64,000 nucleotides of DNA, from the NCBI GenBank assembly GCA_951406725.2, contig OX597829.1:20274001-20338000 (forward strand). Direction: 5' to 3'. Under the pieces are notes generated by a model. It was not told where the DNA came from. It worked only from the letters and a program-made list of their open reading frames with translations, and did no database searches. Shown in pieces: positions 12,779 to 32,589 of this stretch; the stretch's first letter is position 1, and each line of letters starts with the position of its first letter. A program made the translations under genes and the position numbers. The stretch is from Octopus vulgaris (lineage: Eukaryota).

Positions 12779-15700
12779 TACCATCATAATTATCATCGTT
12801 TAACGTCCATTTTCCATGCTGGCATGGGTTGGACGGTTTGACTGAGGACTAGTGAGCCAGAAGCTGCACCAGGCTCAGTCTGATCTGGCAAAGTTTCTAC
12901 AACTGGGTGCCCTTCCTAATGCCAACCACTCTGAGAGTGTAGTGGGTACTTTTACGTAACATCAGCACGAGGACCAGTCAGGCGGTTCTGGCAACGGCCG
13001 CGCTCAAAAGGTGTTTTTATGTTACCTGCACGAGAGCCAGTCAGGCGGTTCTGGCAACGGTCACGCTCAAAAGGTGTTTTTATGTTACCTGCACGGGAGC
13101 CAGTCAGGCGGTTCTGGCAACGGCCACGCTCAAAAGGTGTTTTTATGTTACCTGCACGGGAGCCAGTCAGGCGGTTCTGGCAACGGCCGCGCTCAAAAGG
13201 TGTTTTTATGTTACCTGCACGGGAGCCAGTCAGGCGGTTCTGGCAACGGCCACGCTCAAAAGGTGTTTTTATATTACCTGCACGGGAGCCAGTCAGGGGC
13301 GGTTCTGGCAATGGCCACGCTCAAAAGGTGTTTTTATGTTACCTGCACGGGAGCCAGTCAGGCGGTTCTGGCAACGGCCACGCTCAAAAGGTGTTTTTAT
13401 GTTACCTGCACGGGAGCCAGTCAGGGGCGGTTCTGGCAATGGCCACGCTCAAAAGGTGTTTTTATGTTACCTGCACGGGAGCCAGTCAGGGGCGGTTCTG
13501 GCAATGGCCACGCTCAAAAGGTGTTTTTATGTTACCTGCACGAGAGCCAGTCAGGCGGTTCTGGCAACGGCCGCGCTCAAAAGGTGTTTTTATGTTACCT
13601 GCACGGGAGCCAGTCAGGGGCGGTTCTGGCAATGGCCACGCTCAAAAGGTGTTTTTATGTTACCTGCACGGGAGCCAGTCAGGCGGTTCTGGCAACGGCC
13701 ACGCTCAAAAGGTGTTTTTATGTTACCTGCACGAGAGCCAGTCAGGCGGTTCTGGCAACGGCCACGCTCAAAAGGTGTTTTTATGTTACCTGCACGGTAG
13801 CCAGTCAGGGGCGGTTCTGGCAATGGCCACGCTCAAAAGGTGTTTTTATGTTACCTGCACGGGAGCCAGTCAGGGGCGGTTCTGGCAATGGCCACGCTCA
13901 AAAGGTGTTTTTATGTTACCTGCATGGGAGCCAGTCAGGCGGTTCTGGCAACGGCCGCGCTCAAAAGGTGTTTTTATGTTACCTGCACGGGAGCCAGTCA
14001 GGCGGTTCTGGTAACGGCCGCGCTCAAAAGGTGTTTTTATGTTACCTGCACGGGAGCCAGTCAGTAGGTTCTGGCAACGGCCACGCTCAAAAGGTGTTTT
14101 TATGTTACCTGCACGGGAGCCAGTCAGGCGGTTCTGGCAACGGCCACGCTCAAAAGGTGTTTTTATGTTACCTGCACGGGAGCCAGTCAGTAGGTTCTGG
14201 CAACGGCCACGCTCAAAAGGTGTTTTTATGTTACCTGCACGGGAGCCAGTCAGGGGCGGTTCTGGCAATGGCCACGCTCAAAAGGTGTTTTTATGTTACC
14301 TGCACGGGAGCCAGTCAGGCGGTTCTGGCAACGGCCACGCTCAAAAGGTGTTTTTATGTTACCTGCACGGGAGCCAGTCAGGGGCGGTTCTGGCAATGGC
14401 CACGCTCAAAAGGTGTTTTTATGTTACCTGCACGGGAGCCAGTCAGGGGCGGTTCTGGCAATGGCCACGCTCAAAAGGTGTTTTTATGTTACCTGCACGG
14501 GACCAGTCAGGCGGTTCTGGCAACGGCCGCGCTCAAAAGGTGTTTTTATGTTACCTGCACGGGAGCCAGTCAGGGCGGTTCTGGCAATGGCCACGCTCAA
14601 AAGGTGTTTTTATGTTACCTGCACGGGAGCCTGTCAGGCGGTTCTGGCAACGGCCACGCTCAAAAGGTGTTTTTATATTACCTGCACGAGAGCCAGTCAG
14701 GCGGTTCTGGCAACGGCCGCGCTCAAAAGGTGTTTTTATGTTACCTGCACGGGAGCCAGTCAGGGGCGGTTCTGGCAATGGCCACGCTCAAAAGGTGTTT
14801 TTATGTTACCTGCACGGGAGCCAGTCAGGGGCGGTTCTGGCAACGGCCACGCTCAAAAGGTGTTTTTATGTTACCTGCACGGGAGCCAGTCAGGGTCGGT
14901 TCTGGCAATGGCCACGCTCAAAAGGTGTTTTTATGTTACCTGCACGGGAGCCAGTCAGGGGCGGTTCTGGCAACGGCCACGCTCAAAAGGTGTTTTTATG
15001 TTACCTGCACGGGAGCCAGTCAGGGGCGGTTCTGGCAATGGCCACGCTCAAAAGGTGTTTTTATGTTACCTGCACGGGAGCCAGTCAGGGTCGGTTCTGG
15101 CAATGGCCACGCTCAAAAGGTGTTTTTATGTTACCTGCACGAGAGCCAGTCAGGCGGTTCTGGCAACGGCCGCGCTCAAAAGGTGTTTTTATGTTACCTG
15201 CACGGGAGCCAGTCAGGCGGTTCTGGTAACGGCCGCGCTCAAAAGGTGTTTTTATGTTACCTGCACGGGAGCCAGTCAGTAGGTTCTGGCAACGGCCACG
15301 CTCAAAAGGTGTTTTTATGTTACCTGCACGGGAGCCAGTCAGGCGGTTCTGGCAACGGCCACGCTCAAAAGGTGTTTTTATGTTACCTGCACGCGAGCCA
15401 GTCAGTCGGTTCTGGCTACGGCCAAGCTCAAAAGGTGTTTTTATGTTACCTGCACGGGAGCCAGTCAGGGGCGGTTCTGGCAATGGCCACGCTCAAAAGG
15501 TGTTTTTATGTTTCCTGCACGGGAGCCAGTCAGGCGGTTCTGGCAACGGCCACGCTCAAAAGGTGTTTTTATGTTACCTGCACGGGAGCCAGTCAGGCGG
15601 TTCTGGCAACGGCCACGCTCAAAAGGTGTTTTTATGTTACCTGCACGGGAGCCAGTCAGGGGCGGTTCTGGCAATGGCCACGCTCAAAAGGTGTTTTTAT

Positions 15701-15950
15701 GTTACCTGCACGGGAGCCAGTCAGGGGCGGTTCTGGCAATGGCCACGCTCAAAAGGTGTTTTTATGTTACCTGCACGGGAGCCAGTCAGGGGCGGTTCTG
15801 GCAAAGACCATGCTCGAATGTTTTTCACGTGCCACTGGCACATGTGCCAGTAAGGCGACGCTGGCAGCGATCACGCTCAGATGTGCTTTTAACGTTCCAC
15901 TGGCACGAGCGCAAATCTGCCGGTACTGTAATCGGCCACGTCACCGATTT
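12779..15950 (-). mobile_element. RTE 3' end whose UTR repeat has expanded into a minisatellite
   Basis: 12779-12960 is homologous to the RTE 3' end at 2172-2345. Degenerate UTR units continue at 15804-15950. Confidence 0.8.
12974..15803. repeat. 63/65-bp GC-rich minisatellite, about 44 units (length divided by unit size)
   Basis: Unit GCACGGGAGCCAGTCAGG(GG)CGGTTCTGGCAAYGGCCRCGCTCAAAAGGTGTTTTTATGTTACCT, with no unique spacers. Confidence 0.97.
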
Positions 15951-16379
15951 TGCAGCCTTTTTGACAAGGGTATGCTAATATCTAATGAACTGGCTGTAGA
16001 AGGGAGACAACTGCTGCTACACTTACTGCAACTTTCGCTGATGTCACTGCTACTTGTTAGATTGGACACAACCACTGTCATAATGTCTAATGTTGTTACT
16101 GTTAACCTAATTTTGTCATTCGTCAATAAGATATTAGAAAGAAACCCTTCTCCAATGCCATGTGATTTTTACATAAAAAGCACAAGAACTCAGAGAACTG
16201 ATGTCATGGAAGATTAATATATTTCAATTAATTTTTTACCCATTTATTTCAGCATAGCTAATCATCTTTTAAAGCAATTAAAATCAGCAGCATATTTTAA
16301 TAACTGTGTAGATAATTTTTATCCATGATAAAGTACTCAAAGCATTTTCTTTTCTTTGTTCATATATATATATCTAATG

Positions 16380-16398
16380 TATGTATGCATGTATGTAT

Positions 16399-16439
<41 letters not shown>

Positions 16440-17599
16440 GTATATATGTATGTATATATATATATATATATATAGTATATATGTATGTATATATATATAT
16501 ATATATATATAGTATATATGTATATATATATGTATATATATATATATAGTATATATGTATGTATATATATGTATATATATATATAGTATAGTATTATATG
16601 TATATATATAGTATGTATGTATGTATATGTATATATATATAGTATATATGTATGTATGTATATGTATATATATATATAGTATATATGTATGTATATGTAT
16701 ATATATATATAGTATATATCTATGTATATATATATAGTATATATGTATGTATATATATATAGTATATATGTATGTATATATATATAGTATATATGTATGT
16801 ATATATATATAGTATATATGTATGTATATATAGTATATATGTATGTATATATAGTATATATGTATGTGTATATATATAGTATATATGTATATATATATAG
16901 TATATATGTATGTATATATATATAGTATATATGTATGTATATATATATAGTATATATGTGTGTATATATATGTATGTATATATATATAGTATATATGTGT
17001 GTATATATATGTATATATATATATATAGTATATGTGTGTATATATATGTATATATATATATATAGTATATATGTATGTATATATATATATATAGTATATA
17101 TGTGTGTATATATGTATATATATATATATATAGTATATATGTGTGTATATATAGTATATATGTATATATATATATATAGTATATATGTATGTATATATGT
17201 ATATATATATATAGTATATATGTATGTATATATGTATATATATATATATAGTATATATGTATGTATATATATATATAGTATATATGTGTGTATATATGTA
17301 TATATATGTATATATAGTATATATGTGTGTATATATATATATATAGTATATATGTGTATATATATATATAGTATATATGTGTATATATATAGTATATATG
17401 TGTATATATATATATAGTATATATGTGTATATATATATAGTATATATGTGTATATATATATAGTATATATGTGTATATATATATAGTATATATGTGTATA
17501 TATATATAGTATATATGTGTATATATATATATGTGTGTGTGTGTATATATGTGTATATATATATATGTGTGTGTGTATATATGTGTATATATATATATG

Positions 17600-17634
<35 letters not shown>

Positions 17635-18015
17635 GTGTGTGTGTATATATGTGTATATATATGTGTGTGTGTGTATATATGTGTATATATATGTGTGTGT
17701 GTGTATATATGTGTATATATATATATGTGTGTGTGTGTATATATGTGTATATATATATGTGTGTGTGTGTATATATGTGTATATATATATGTGTATATAT
17801 CTATTTATGTGTGTGTATATATATGTGTATATATATATATGTGTGTGTGTGTGTATATATATGTATATATATATAGTATATATGTGTATATATCGCCATA
17901 CTAATACAATTGTTTGTTTGTTTTCCACCTGCCTTCGTCTTTTGTCTATTTTCATAAAGCTTCCCGTTATATATATATATATATAATATATATGTATATA
18001 TATACATATATAGTA

Positions 18016-18052
<37 letters not shown>
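16380..18052. repeat. (TA)n-derived array with TAGTATATATG motif; 75-bp unique island at 17893-17968
   Basis: Directly visible. Confidence 0.93.
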
Positions 18053-18054
<2 letters not shown>

Positions 18055-18281
18055 TCTATACAATATGTTACATTACTCGGTAGTCAAGATAAAACTCTGA
18101 GTTTCAGATGCCGAAGTGGAAATCCACAACACCATCTCTTCGGTTATCTGGCTATTTGAAAACATTATGAAAAAATACCGTTAAATAAAGGGAAATTACT
18201 CTGTTATAACTCTGCTTGCCTGCGTACTTATACATCGTTTGCATTTTTCGTCATAAAAATTATATAAAAATACATAAAAAA

Positions 18282-19909
18282 ATAGAAGCACTTCCCCAAA
18301 AAGAGGCCTTTATTACTATTAAAGATCATAAAGAAAACTTCCTTTCCAACCCTAAATGTAGGCTTATCAACCCAGCCAAGTCAGAACTTGGGATTATTAG
18401 CAAAGAAATTTTAGATAAAATAAATACGAAAATTAAGACCGATACTAGGCTAGTACAATGGTCCAATAGTATAGAAGTCGTAGACTGGTTTAAAGCTATT
18501 AAGAATAAGAAAAAAGCGAGGTTTACACAATTCGATATTGTTGATTTTTATGCCTCTATCTCTAAAGAACTGCTAGATAAAGCCCTCATCTTCGCTAGTG
18601 ACTTCATAGAAATTAGTACCAATGATAAGGAAATAATCTTCCATGCTAGAAAGACCTTACTTTTCAGTGAGGACGCAAAGTGGGTAAAAAACACCGACAC
18701 AGAGGGCGCTTTCGATGTGAGCATGGGTTCATATGATGGGGCAGGCATCTGTGATCTAATTGGACTTTTTCTCCTAGATACCTTAGGTAAGACATTCCCT
18801 AACGTACATTTCGCCATCTACAAAGATGATGCCCTCGCCTTAACAGCTAATACAAATGGACCAGCACAAGATCGTTTTAGGAAGGATATTATCCAGTTAA
18901 TGAAGCACTTCGGACTTAGTATAACTATAGATACTAACTTGACGGTTGTCAATTTCTTAGACGTTTCCTTAGATCTTAATAAGAATATTTATAAGCCTTA
19001 TAGGGAGCCCAATGATAGACTAAGTTATATTAATGTAGGTTCATGCCATCCCCCTATAGTATTCAAAAATTTAGTTAAAAATATTAGTAAGAGGATTTCT
19101 AGCCTCTCATCTGATGAGGACATCTTCAATAGCGTTGCCCCAGTTTATAATAAGGCTTTAAAAGATAGTGGTTTTAGCGATAAAATAAAATATACACCTA
19201 TCACTAGCCCAACAGTAAAGAAAAGGAATAATAGAAATAGGAAGGTCATCTGGTTTACGCCCCTTACTTACCCGAGGTCGCCTTCAATATAGGTAAATAT
19301 TTCCTAGCACTGATAGATAGACATTTTCCAGTTAACCATACTTATAGGAAACTCTTCAATAGACACAATTTAAAAATTAGTTTTAGTTCAACTACCAATT
19401 TTAAAAACATAATCAAACATAACATACAAAAAACACAAGAAGAAAACAGCTGTTCATGCAGGAATAAAGAATTGTGCCCGCTAAATGGAGCTTGCATGTC
19501 CAAGACCATCATATATGAAGCTACCGTAAACTCTATAACCACTAAAGACACCGTTTCGACGAAGAAATACGTGGGCCTTACAGAGGGTAATTTCAAGGCC
19601 AGGTTCAATAACCACACTTTGAGCTTTAGGCACTGGAACAAAAGAAAAGCGACACAATTGTCTAATCATATTTGGTCTTTAAGAGATAAAGGTGTCGATT
19701 ATAACATACAATGGAAGATTTTGGCCAGATGTAAGCCCTATACTAACGGCAGCGGAAGGTGCGGTCTATGCGACATGGAGAGATGGCTTATCTGGAAAAG
19801 CAGCTTAGACCCTACTACATGTCTAAATACAAGGACAGAGCTTTTCGGATCATGCCCACATGTGACTAAGTTTCTGTTACGTTTTTGGTCCCCTAAAGAA
19901 AACAGATAG
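18282..19909 (+). pseudogene. PLE RT plus GIY-YIG endonuclease, with one frameshift near 19263
   Basis: RT motifs ITIKDHK, CRLINP, FDIVDFY, MGSYDGA, YKDD, NFLDV. After a 1-nt shift WFTP(P)Y..NIGKYFL continues into CSCRNKELCPLNGAC, IIY...YVGLTE..FKARF..H, and CGLC..E. Confidence 0.9.
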
Positions 19910-20091
19910 AACATGCTTTCTATGTTATGTCCCAAGAAGAATTTATATATTTTTATATATTTTTTATGTATTTTTATATAATTTTTATGACGAAAAATGC
20001 AAACGATGTATAAGTACGCAGGCAAGCAGAGTTATAACAGAGTAATTTCCCTTTATTTAACGGTATTTTTTCATAACGTTTTCAAATAGCC

Positions 20092-20154
20092 AGATAACCG
20101 AAGAGATGGTGTTGTGGATTTCCACTTCGGCATCTGAAACTCAGAGTTTTATCT
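20092..20154 (+). ncRNA. Hammerhead-like motif (variant core) in the PLE pLTR; antisense copy at about 18087-18149
   Basis: Stem I AGATAA/TTATCT, core CCGAAGA (canonical CUGANGA), stem II GATG/CATC, GAAAC-TCAGA-GTT. Confidence 0.5.
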
Positions 20155-20262
20155 TGACTACCGAGTAATGTAACATATTGTATAGATAAATTTCCTCTAT
20201 TTACATAATATTGAGGTCTCTTTCTTTCTTTTGTTATCTTACCGTTTTATCAATATATAATA

Positions 20263-20331
<69 letters not shown>

Positions 20332-20336
<5 letters not shown>

Positions 20337-20597
20337 AAAATGAGAAAATGGAGAAATATATCTGAATCAATCATCAACCATCAGATAATACCCAATCAAT
20401 ACTTTATTAAACCATTACACAATAGCAATGATGTTATACATTAATATAGTACAAATATAACAAGACATGAAACAGCTGTCAGCTGCTATGTAAATGTATT
20501 TCTATTTCTATTTCTATGTCTTGTTATATTTGTACTATATTAATGTATAACATCATTGCTATTGTGTAATGGTTTAATAAAGTATTGATTGGGTATT
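20332..20597. mobile_element. ORF-less PLE-like remnant: 82-bp perfect inverted repeat (20387-20468 and 20516-20597) with the 3' half of a hammerhead in the spacer
   Basis: The arms are exact reverse complements. The spacer begins GAAAC-AGCT-GTC, and AATAAA lies in the right arm. Confidence 0.6.
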
Positions 20598-20704
20598 GAT
20601 GCTCTTATTCCACTCTGGATGTGCCACAATTAGTCTTAGCAAGGTATTGTTCACCAAAAGTGCTCAACAATACATACATACATACATACATATATATATA
20701 TATA

Positions 20705-20750
<46 letters not shown>

Positions 20751-20978
20751 CATACATATATATACAAATATATACATACATACATACATATACAAATATA
20801 TACATACATACATACATACATATATGTATATACAAATATATACATACATACATACATACATATATGTATATACATATATGTATATATATATATATGTATG
20901 TATATATATGTATATGTATGTATGTATGTATATGTATATGTATGTATGTATATATATGTATATATATATATATGTATG

Positions 20979-21025
<47 letters not shown>

Positions 21026-21238
21026 GTATATATATGTATATATATATATGTATGTATGTATATATATGTATATATATATGTATGTATGTATATATATGTA
21101 TATATATATATATGTATGTATGTATATATATGTATATATATATATGTATGTATGTATATATATGTATATATATATATATGTATGTATGTATATATATGTA
21201 TATATATATATATATGTATGTATGTATGTATATATATG

Positions 21239-21271
<33 letters not shown>

Positions 21272-21286
21272 GTATGTATATATATG

Positions 21287-21319
<33 letters not shown>

Positions 21320-21462
21320 GTATGTATATATATGTATATATATATATATGTATGTATGTATGTATGTATATATATGTATATATATATATATGTATGTATA
21401 TATATGTATATATATGTATATATATATATGTATGTATGTATATATATGTATATATATGTATA

Positions 21463-21523
<61 letters not shown>

Positions 21524-21604
21524 ATATATGTATATATATGTATATATATATATATGTATGTATATATATGTATATATATGTATATATATATATATGTATG
21601 TATG

Positions 21605-21647
<43 letters not shown>

Positions 21648-21658
21648 GTATATATATG

Positions 21659-21689
<31 letters not shown>

Positions 21690-21704
21690 GTATGTATATA
21701 TATG

Positions 21705-21737
<33 letters not shown>

Positions 21738-21748
21738 GTATATATATG

Positions 21749-21779
<31 letters not shown>

Positions 21780-21812
21780 GTGTATATATATGTATGTATG
21801 TGTATATATATG

Positions 21813-21843
<31 letters not shown>

Positions 21844-21876
21844 GTGTATATATATGTATGTATGTGTATATATATG

Positions 21877-21907
<31 letters not shown>

Positions 21908-22004
21908 GTGTATATATATGTATATATATGTATGTATGTGTATATATATGTATATATATGTATGTATGTATATATATGTATATATATATATATATGTATG
22001 TATG

Positions 22005-22035
<31 letters not shown>

Positions 22036-22040
22036 GTATG

Positions 22041-22073
<33 letters not shown>

Positions 22074-22096
22074 ATATATATATATATGTATGTATG

Positions 22097-22128
<32 letters not shown>

Positions 22129-22231
22129 TATATATGTATATATGTATGTATATATATGTATATATATGTATATATATGTATGTATATATATGTATATATA
22201 TGTATGTATATATATGTATATATATGTATAT

Positions 22232-27550
<5,319 letters not shown>

Positions 27551-27558
27551 ATATGTAC

Positions 27559-27848
<290 letters not shown>

Positions 27849-27851
27849 ATG

Positions 27852-27918
<67 letters not shown>

Positions 27919-27968
27919 GTATGTATATGTACATATATATATATATGTACATATATATATATATGTAC

Positions 27969-28000
<32 letters not shown>

Positions 28001-28131
28001 GTATGTATATGTACATATATATATATATGTACATATATATATATATATGTACATATATATATATATGTACATATATATATATATGTACATATATATATAT
28101 ATATGTATGTATATGTACATATATATATATA

Positions 28132-28171
<40 letters not shown>

Positions 28172-28277
28172 TATATATATATATATGTATATATGTACAT
28201 ATATATATGTGTATGTACATATATATATATATGTATGTACATATATATATGTGTATGTACATATATATATATATGTA

Positions 28278-28316
<39 letters not shown>

Positions 28317-28430
28317 GTATATATATATGTATATATATATATATATGTATATGTATATATATATGTATATGTACATATATATATATATGTATATGTACAT
28401 ATATATATATATATGTATGTATATGTACAT

Positions 28431-29177
28431 ACTTTGATACTTTGATAGGTTTCGGCCATTATTGGCCCAGGCCATGTCTAACTTAATAGCACCACCTGGT
28501 GAAGTCTTTCAAGTCAGAATTTGGGCACTATGGCCCACTCAAGTAGAGAGTTATTGTTTACAGAGACATATCCGGGTGTAGGGGGTTTATCCGGGATTTC
28601 TTGAAGGAATCTGTCCAAAGACTTCTTGAACCCTATAGGGTCAGTTTCTGTTTTAATGTGTTTTGGTGTAATGTTAAAGAGAGCGGGGCCAATTGAGGTG
28701 AAATAATTGTGCCGTATTGTTGTTATGAGATGAGAGTGCGATTTTTGTTTTGGGCGGATGGCACGGGGCCCAAGCCTTGGATGTACCTTAAAGGTGATGC
28801 CAACATCATTTGGGCAATGCTGATGGAATATTTTCCACATCATGCAGATGATGTAGCGCTCACGACGACGTTGGAGAGAATAGAGTTTTAGCTTTTCTAG
28901 TCGACCCCAATAGTCGAGGCCTGTCATGCCATCTATCTTTTTTGTGATTGCCCTTTGAGGTGCTTCGACTTTTTTGATACCTTGTATTGTGTGGGGAGAC
29001 CACAGTGGACAACAGTATTCAAGGTGGGGTCGGGCAAAAGTGGAGAAGAGAAGGATAATGGTGTGGATATCTCTCGACTGGAAAGTTCTGAGAATCCAGG
29101 AACACATTCTGCGGGCCATGTCAACTTTGGTGTTTATATGAGTGGCCCAGCTTACGTTGTTGTCCACAATTACTCCC
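28431..29177 (-). mobile_element. 5'-truncated CR1/L2-group LINE 3' end ('LINE-C'), present only in unit 1
   Basis: Translation [28 protein letters not shown], stop at 28514; (TATCAAAG)2 tail. Confidence 0.92.
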
Positions 29178-29316
29178 ATATATATATGTATATGTACATA
29201 TATATATATATATATGTATGTATATGTACATATATATATGTATATGTACATATATATATATATATGTATGTATATGTACATATATGTATGTATATGTACA
29301 TATATATATATATATG

Positions 29317-29349
<33 letters not shown>

Positions 29350-30196
29350 GTACATATATATATATGTATGTATATGTACGTATATATATATATGTATATG
29401 TACATATATATATATGTATGTATATGTACATATATATATATATGTATATGTACATATATATATATATGTATATGTACATATATATATATATGTATATGTA
29501 CATATATATATATATGTATATGTACATATATATATATGTATATGTACATATATATATATATGTATATGTACATATATATATATATGTATATGTACATATA
29601 TATATATATGTATATGTACGTATATATATATATGTATATGTACATATATATATATATGTATATGTACGTATATATATATATGTATATGTACATATATATA
29701 TATGTATATGTACATATATATATATGTATATGTACATATATATATATGTATGTATATGTACATATATATATATATGTATATGTACATATATATATATATG
29801 TATATGTACATATATATATATGTATATGTACATATATATATATATGTATATGTACATATATATATATATATGTATATGTACATATATATATATATATGTA
29901 TGTATATGTACATATATATATATATATGTATGTATATGTACATATATATATATATATGTATGTATATGTACATATATATATATATGTATGTATATGTACA
30001 TATATATATATATATGTATGTATATGTACATACATATATATATATGTATGTATATGTACATACATATATATATATGTATGTATGTATATGTACATACATA
30101 TATATATATATGTATGTATATGTACATATATATATATATATATATGTATGTATATGTACATATATATATATATGTATATGTACATATATATATATG

Positions 30197-30229
<33 letters not shown>

Positions 30230-30605
30230 GTACATATATATATATATATGTATATGTACATATATATATATGTATGTATATGTACATATATATATATATA
30301 TGTATGTACATGTACATATATATATGTATGTATATGTACATATATATATATATATGTATATGTACATATATATATATGTATGTATATGTACATATATATA
30401 TATATATATATGTATATGTATATATATGTATGTATATGTACATATATATATATGTATGTATATGTACATATATATATATATATGTATATACAATACATAT
30501 ATATATATATATGTATGTATATGTACATATATATATATATATATGTATATGTACATATATATATATATATATATGTATGTATATGTACATATATATATAT
30601 ATATG

Positions 30606-30676
<71 letters not shown>

Positions 30677-30781
30677 ATGTACATATATATATAATATTAT
30701 TAGAGACAAAACCACTACTTTGCAAATCAAACAAGGAAAGACTTAATACATAAAAAATTTTAATATAAAGTAAATAAATCG

Positions 30782-30825
30782 CCACTACTATTGTTTCCTG
30801 TCTTCAAATTACATTCATCAGGTGG
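30782..30825 (-). ncRNA. Minimal type I hammerhead ribozyme motif; copies at 38613-38656 and 46722-46765
   Basis: Minus strand reads CCAC-CTGATGA-aTGTaatttgaagACAg-GAAAC-aata-GTA-GTGG: intact core boxes, stem I CCAC/GTGG, GUA triplet, weak stem II. Confidence 0.7.
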
Positions 30826-31332
30826 ATTTCATATTTCGTAGTTATTTTTCTGCATCTTAAATATATATGGTTTACTTTATCCATTATTTCAGAATAATTG
30901 CTACAGAAAACTAAACAACTGAGCTGACCAAAATTCTATATACGATGTTCCTACAAGATTATTCAGCACTGAACAACAAACATATAGGTGAATGAATCGA
31001 TTAAGAGCAGCGATCTGTCACAATACACCTTCGTATTACTGTTGCTCGTACACACTACCCAGTTCACCTGATATAAAAAGATTGTGAGCACACAGACACA
31101 CACCAATTCACAAACACACACATAATATAAACGCAGGCGTGGCTGTGTGGTAAGAAGCTTGCTTCCCAACCACATGGTTCCGAGTTCAGTGACCCTTAGC
31201 CTCGGGCCGACCACTCAAAGCCCGAGGCTAAGGGTCACTGGAACTCGAACCATGTGGTTGGGAATGTGAGCAAGCTTCTTACCACACAGCCACGCCTGCG
31301 TTTATATTTATGTGTGTGTTTGTGAATTGGTG

Positions 31333-32481
31333 GAGTGAAAACACTCTTGAATTGCTCATTCAGTATTTCACTTACCCTCATTGGTTTTCCTGTAAGTGTG
31401 CCATCCTTTTCGAGGAGTGGCCCAATTCTACAGTGCACTGTAGCTGTTTCTTTGGCATACCTGTAGAAAGCTCTGGGGTTAGATTTTATGTTTTCTATAG
31501 CCCAGGCTTCTTTGTCTGCTCTTTCTTTTTCATGGGAGAGTTGCAGACATTTTTCGATTTCCAACAGTTTTATTTTTAGGCGGGACTTTTCACTGCTTTC
31601 AATCTGTTTGTTTAGGCGATTTGAAAATTTCGTACGCCGTCTCATTAAAATTTTCCTCTCTCTGGGGATTTTGTTCTTGTGTACAGTGGCCTTTCTCTCT
31701 GGGACACATTTGTAGCATATGGCTTGCATTACAGACATGAATTGTTGGAGTTTCACGTCGATGTCTGGCGAGGAGAGACATTTAGGCCAGTTTTGTTTGA
31801 GGATCTCTTTCTCAATTTGTTTCTAGTTTGCCTTATGGTAGTTCAAGCTGGAAAGATTTTGAGGGTTTCTTGTAGGCTGCATGTCCGTGCTCTCTTTTGG
31901 CCCGTACATGGTCAGTTCTATCATGTTGTGATCCGAGAGTAGTGTCGGTGTCACTTTCACATTATGGATGAGATCCATGTCATTTGTGAAGCAGAGATCC
32001 AGTGTGTTACCTGCCCTGGTTGGTTGGAGTATTACCTGCTCCATGTACAGGGTGTTGATGAGGTTCAGGAGGGACCTCGCCTGTCCTCGTTCACATCTTG
32101 TCATTCCTGGGAGAGAAAGGCCCTCGGGCCATCTGACATTGGGCAGATTGAAGTCTCCCATAAGAAGCACACCTATGTGTTGTTCCAATGTGGTTAGAAT
32201 TTCTTCTATTTTTATAAGGCAGTCTTCAAACTTGCCCACATGTCTTGGGGCATCTGGAGGGCGATATGTAGCACACACAACTACATCAAGTTGCCTAATA
32301 TGTACAATTAGTGTGTCACACACCGAGTTTGAGTATGACAAGAGGACCTGGGGTGTGAGGTCCTCACGGATGTACATAGCAACACCTCCATGACTCCTTT
32401 CTTTCCTGTCGGTCCGTAGTACAGCATACTGTGGTATGTGTAACTCCGCATCTGCTATGTCCGGTTTCAGGTGCGTTTCTG
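31333..32481 (-). mobile_element. Internal LINE fragment ('LINE-B'): APE endonuclease plus linker; copies at 39158-40307 and 47269-48417
   Basis: Motifs TETHL, DR..GGV, YRPP, GDFNLP, PTR, TLDL, SDH; linker IKSNPRAFYRY...EILNEQFKSVFT. One in-frame stop at 31823 and no RT. Confidence 0.92.
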
Positions 32482-32530
32482 TATATCTATATATACGTAT
32501 ACATATATATATATATATATATACGTACAT

Positions 32531-32578
<48 letters not shown>

Positions 32579-32589
32579 GTACATATACA

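Larger units (their letters stand above)
18053..20253 (+). mobile_element. Penelope-like element (probably Naiad-like), 5'-truncated, with inverted 5' pLTR (18053-18281) and 3' pLTR (about 19960-20253), inserted in (TA)n
   Basis: 229-bp inverted repeat with one mismatch seen, enclosing an RT plus GIY-YIG ORF. The clade call is from recalled motifs. Confidence 0.9.

Noticed and set aside
12974-15803. CRISPR-like array
   Set aside because: The units are contiguous with no unique spacers, there are no cas genes, the context is eukaryotic, and the unit derives from a LINE UTR.
13011-16217. 1068-aa ORF and overlapping ORFs
   Set aside because: By-product of a 63/65-bp repeat that is stop-free in all three + frames. 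The peptide cycles through frames with the indels.
19440-19909. Selenocysteine-encoding PLE
   Set aside because: All Cys positions I read in the GIY-YIG region are TGT/TGC, with no in-frame TGA.
29179-30690. Selected Z-DNA tract from kilobase purine-pyrimidine alternation
   Set aside because: Transitions and dinucleotide slippage in (TA)n preserve alternation by default, so no selection is needed.
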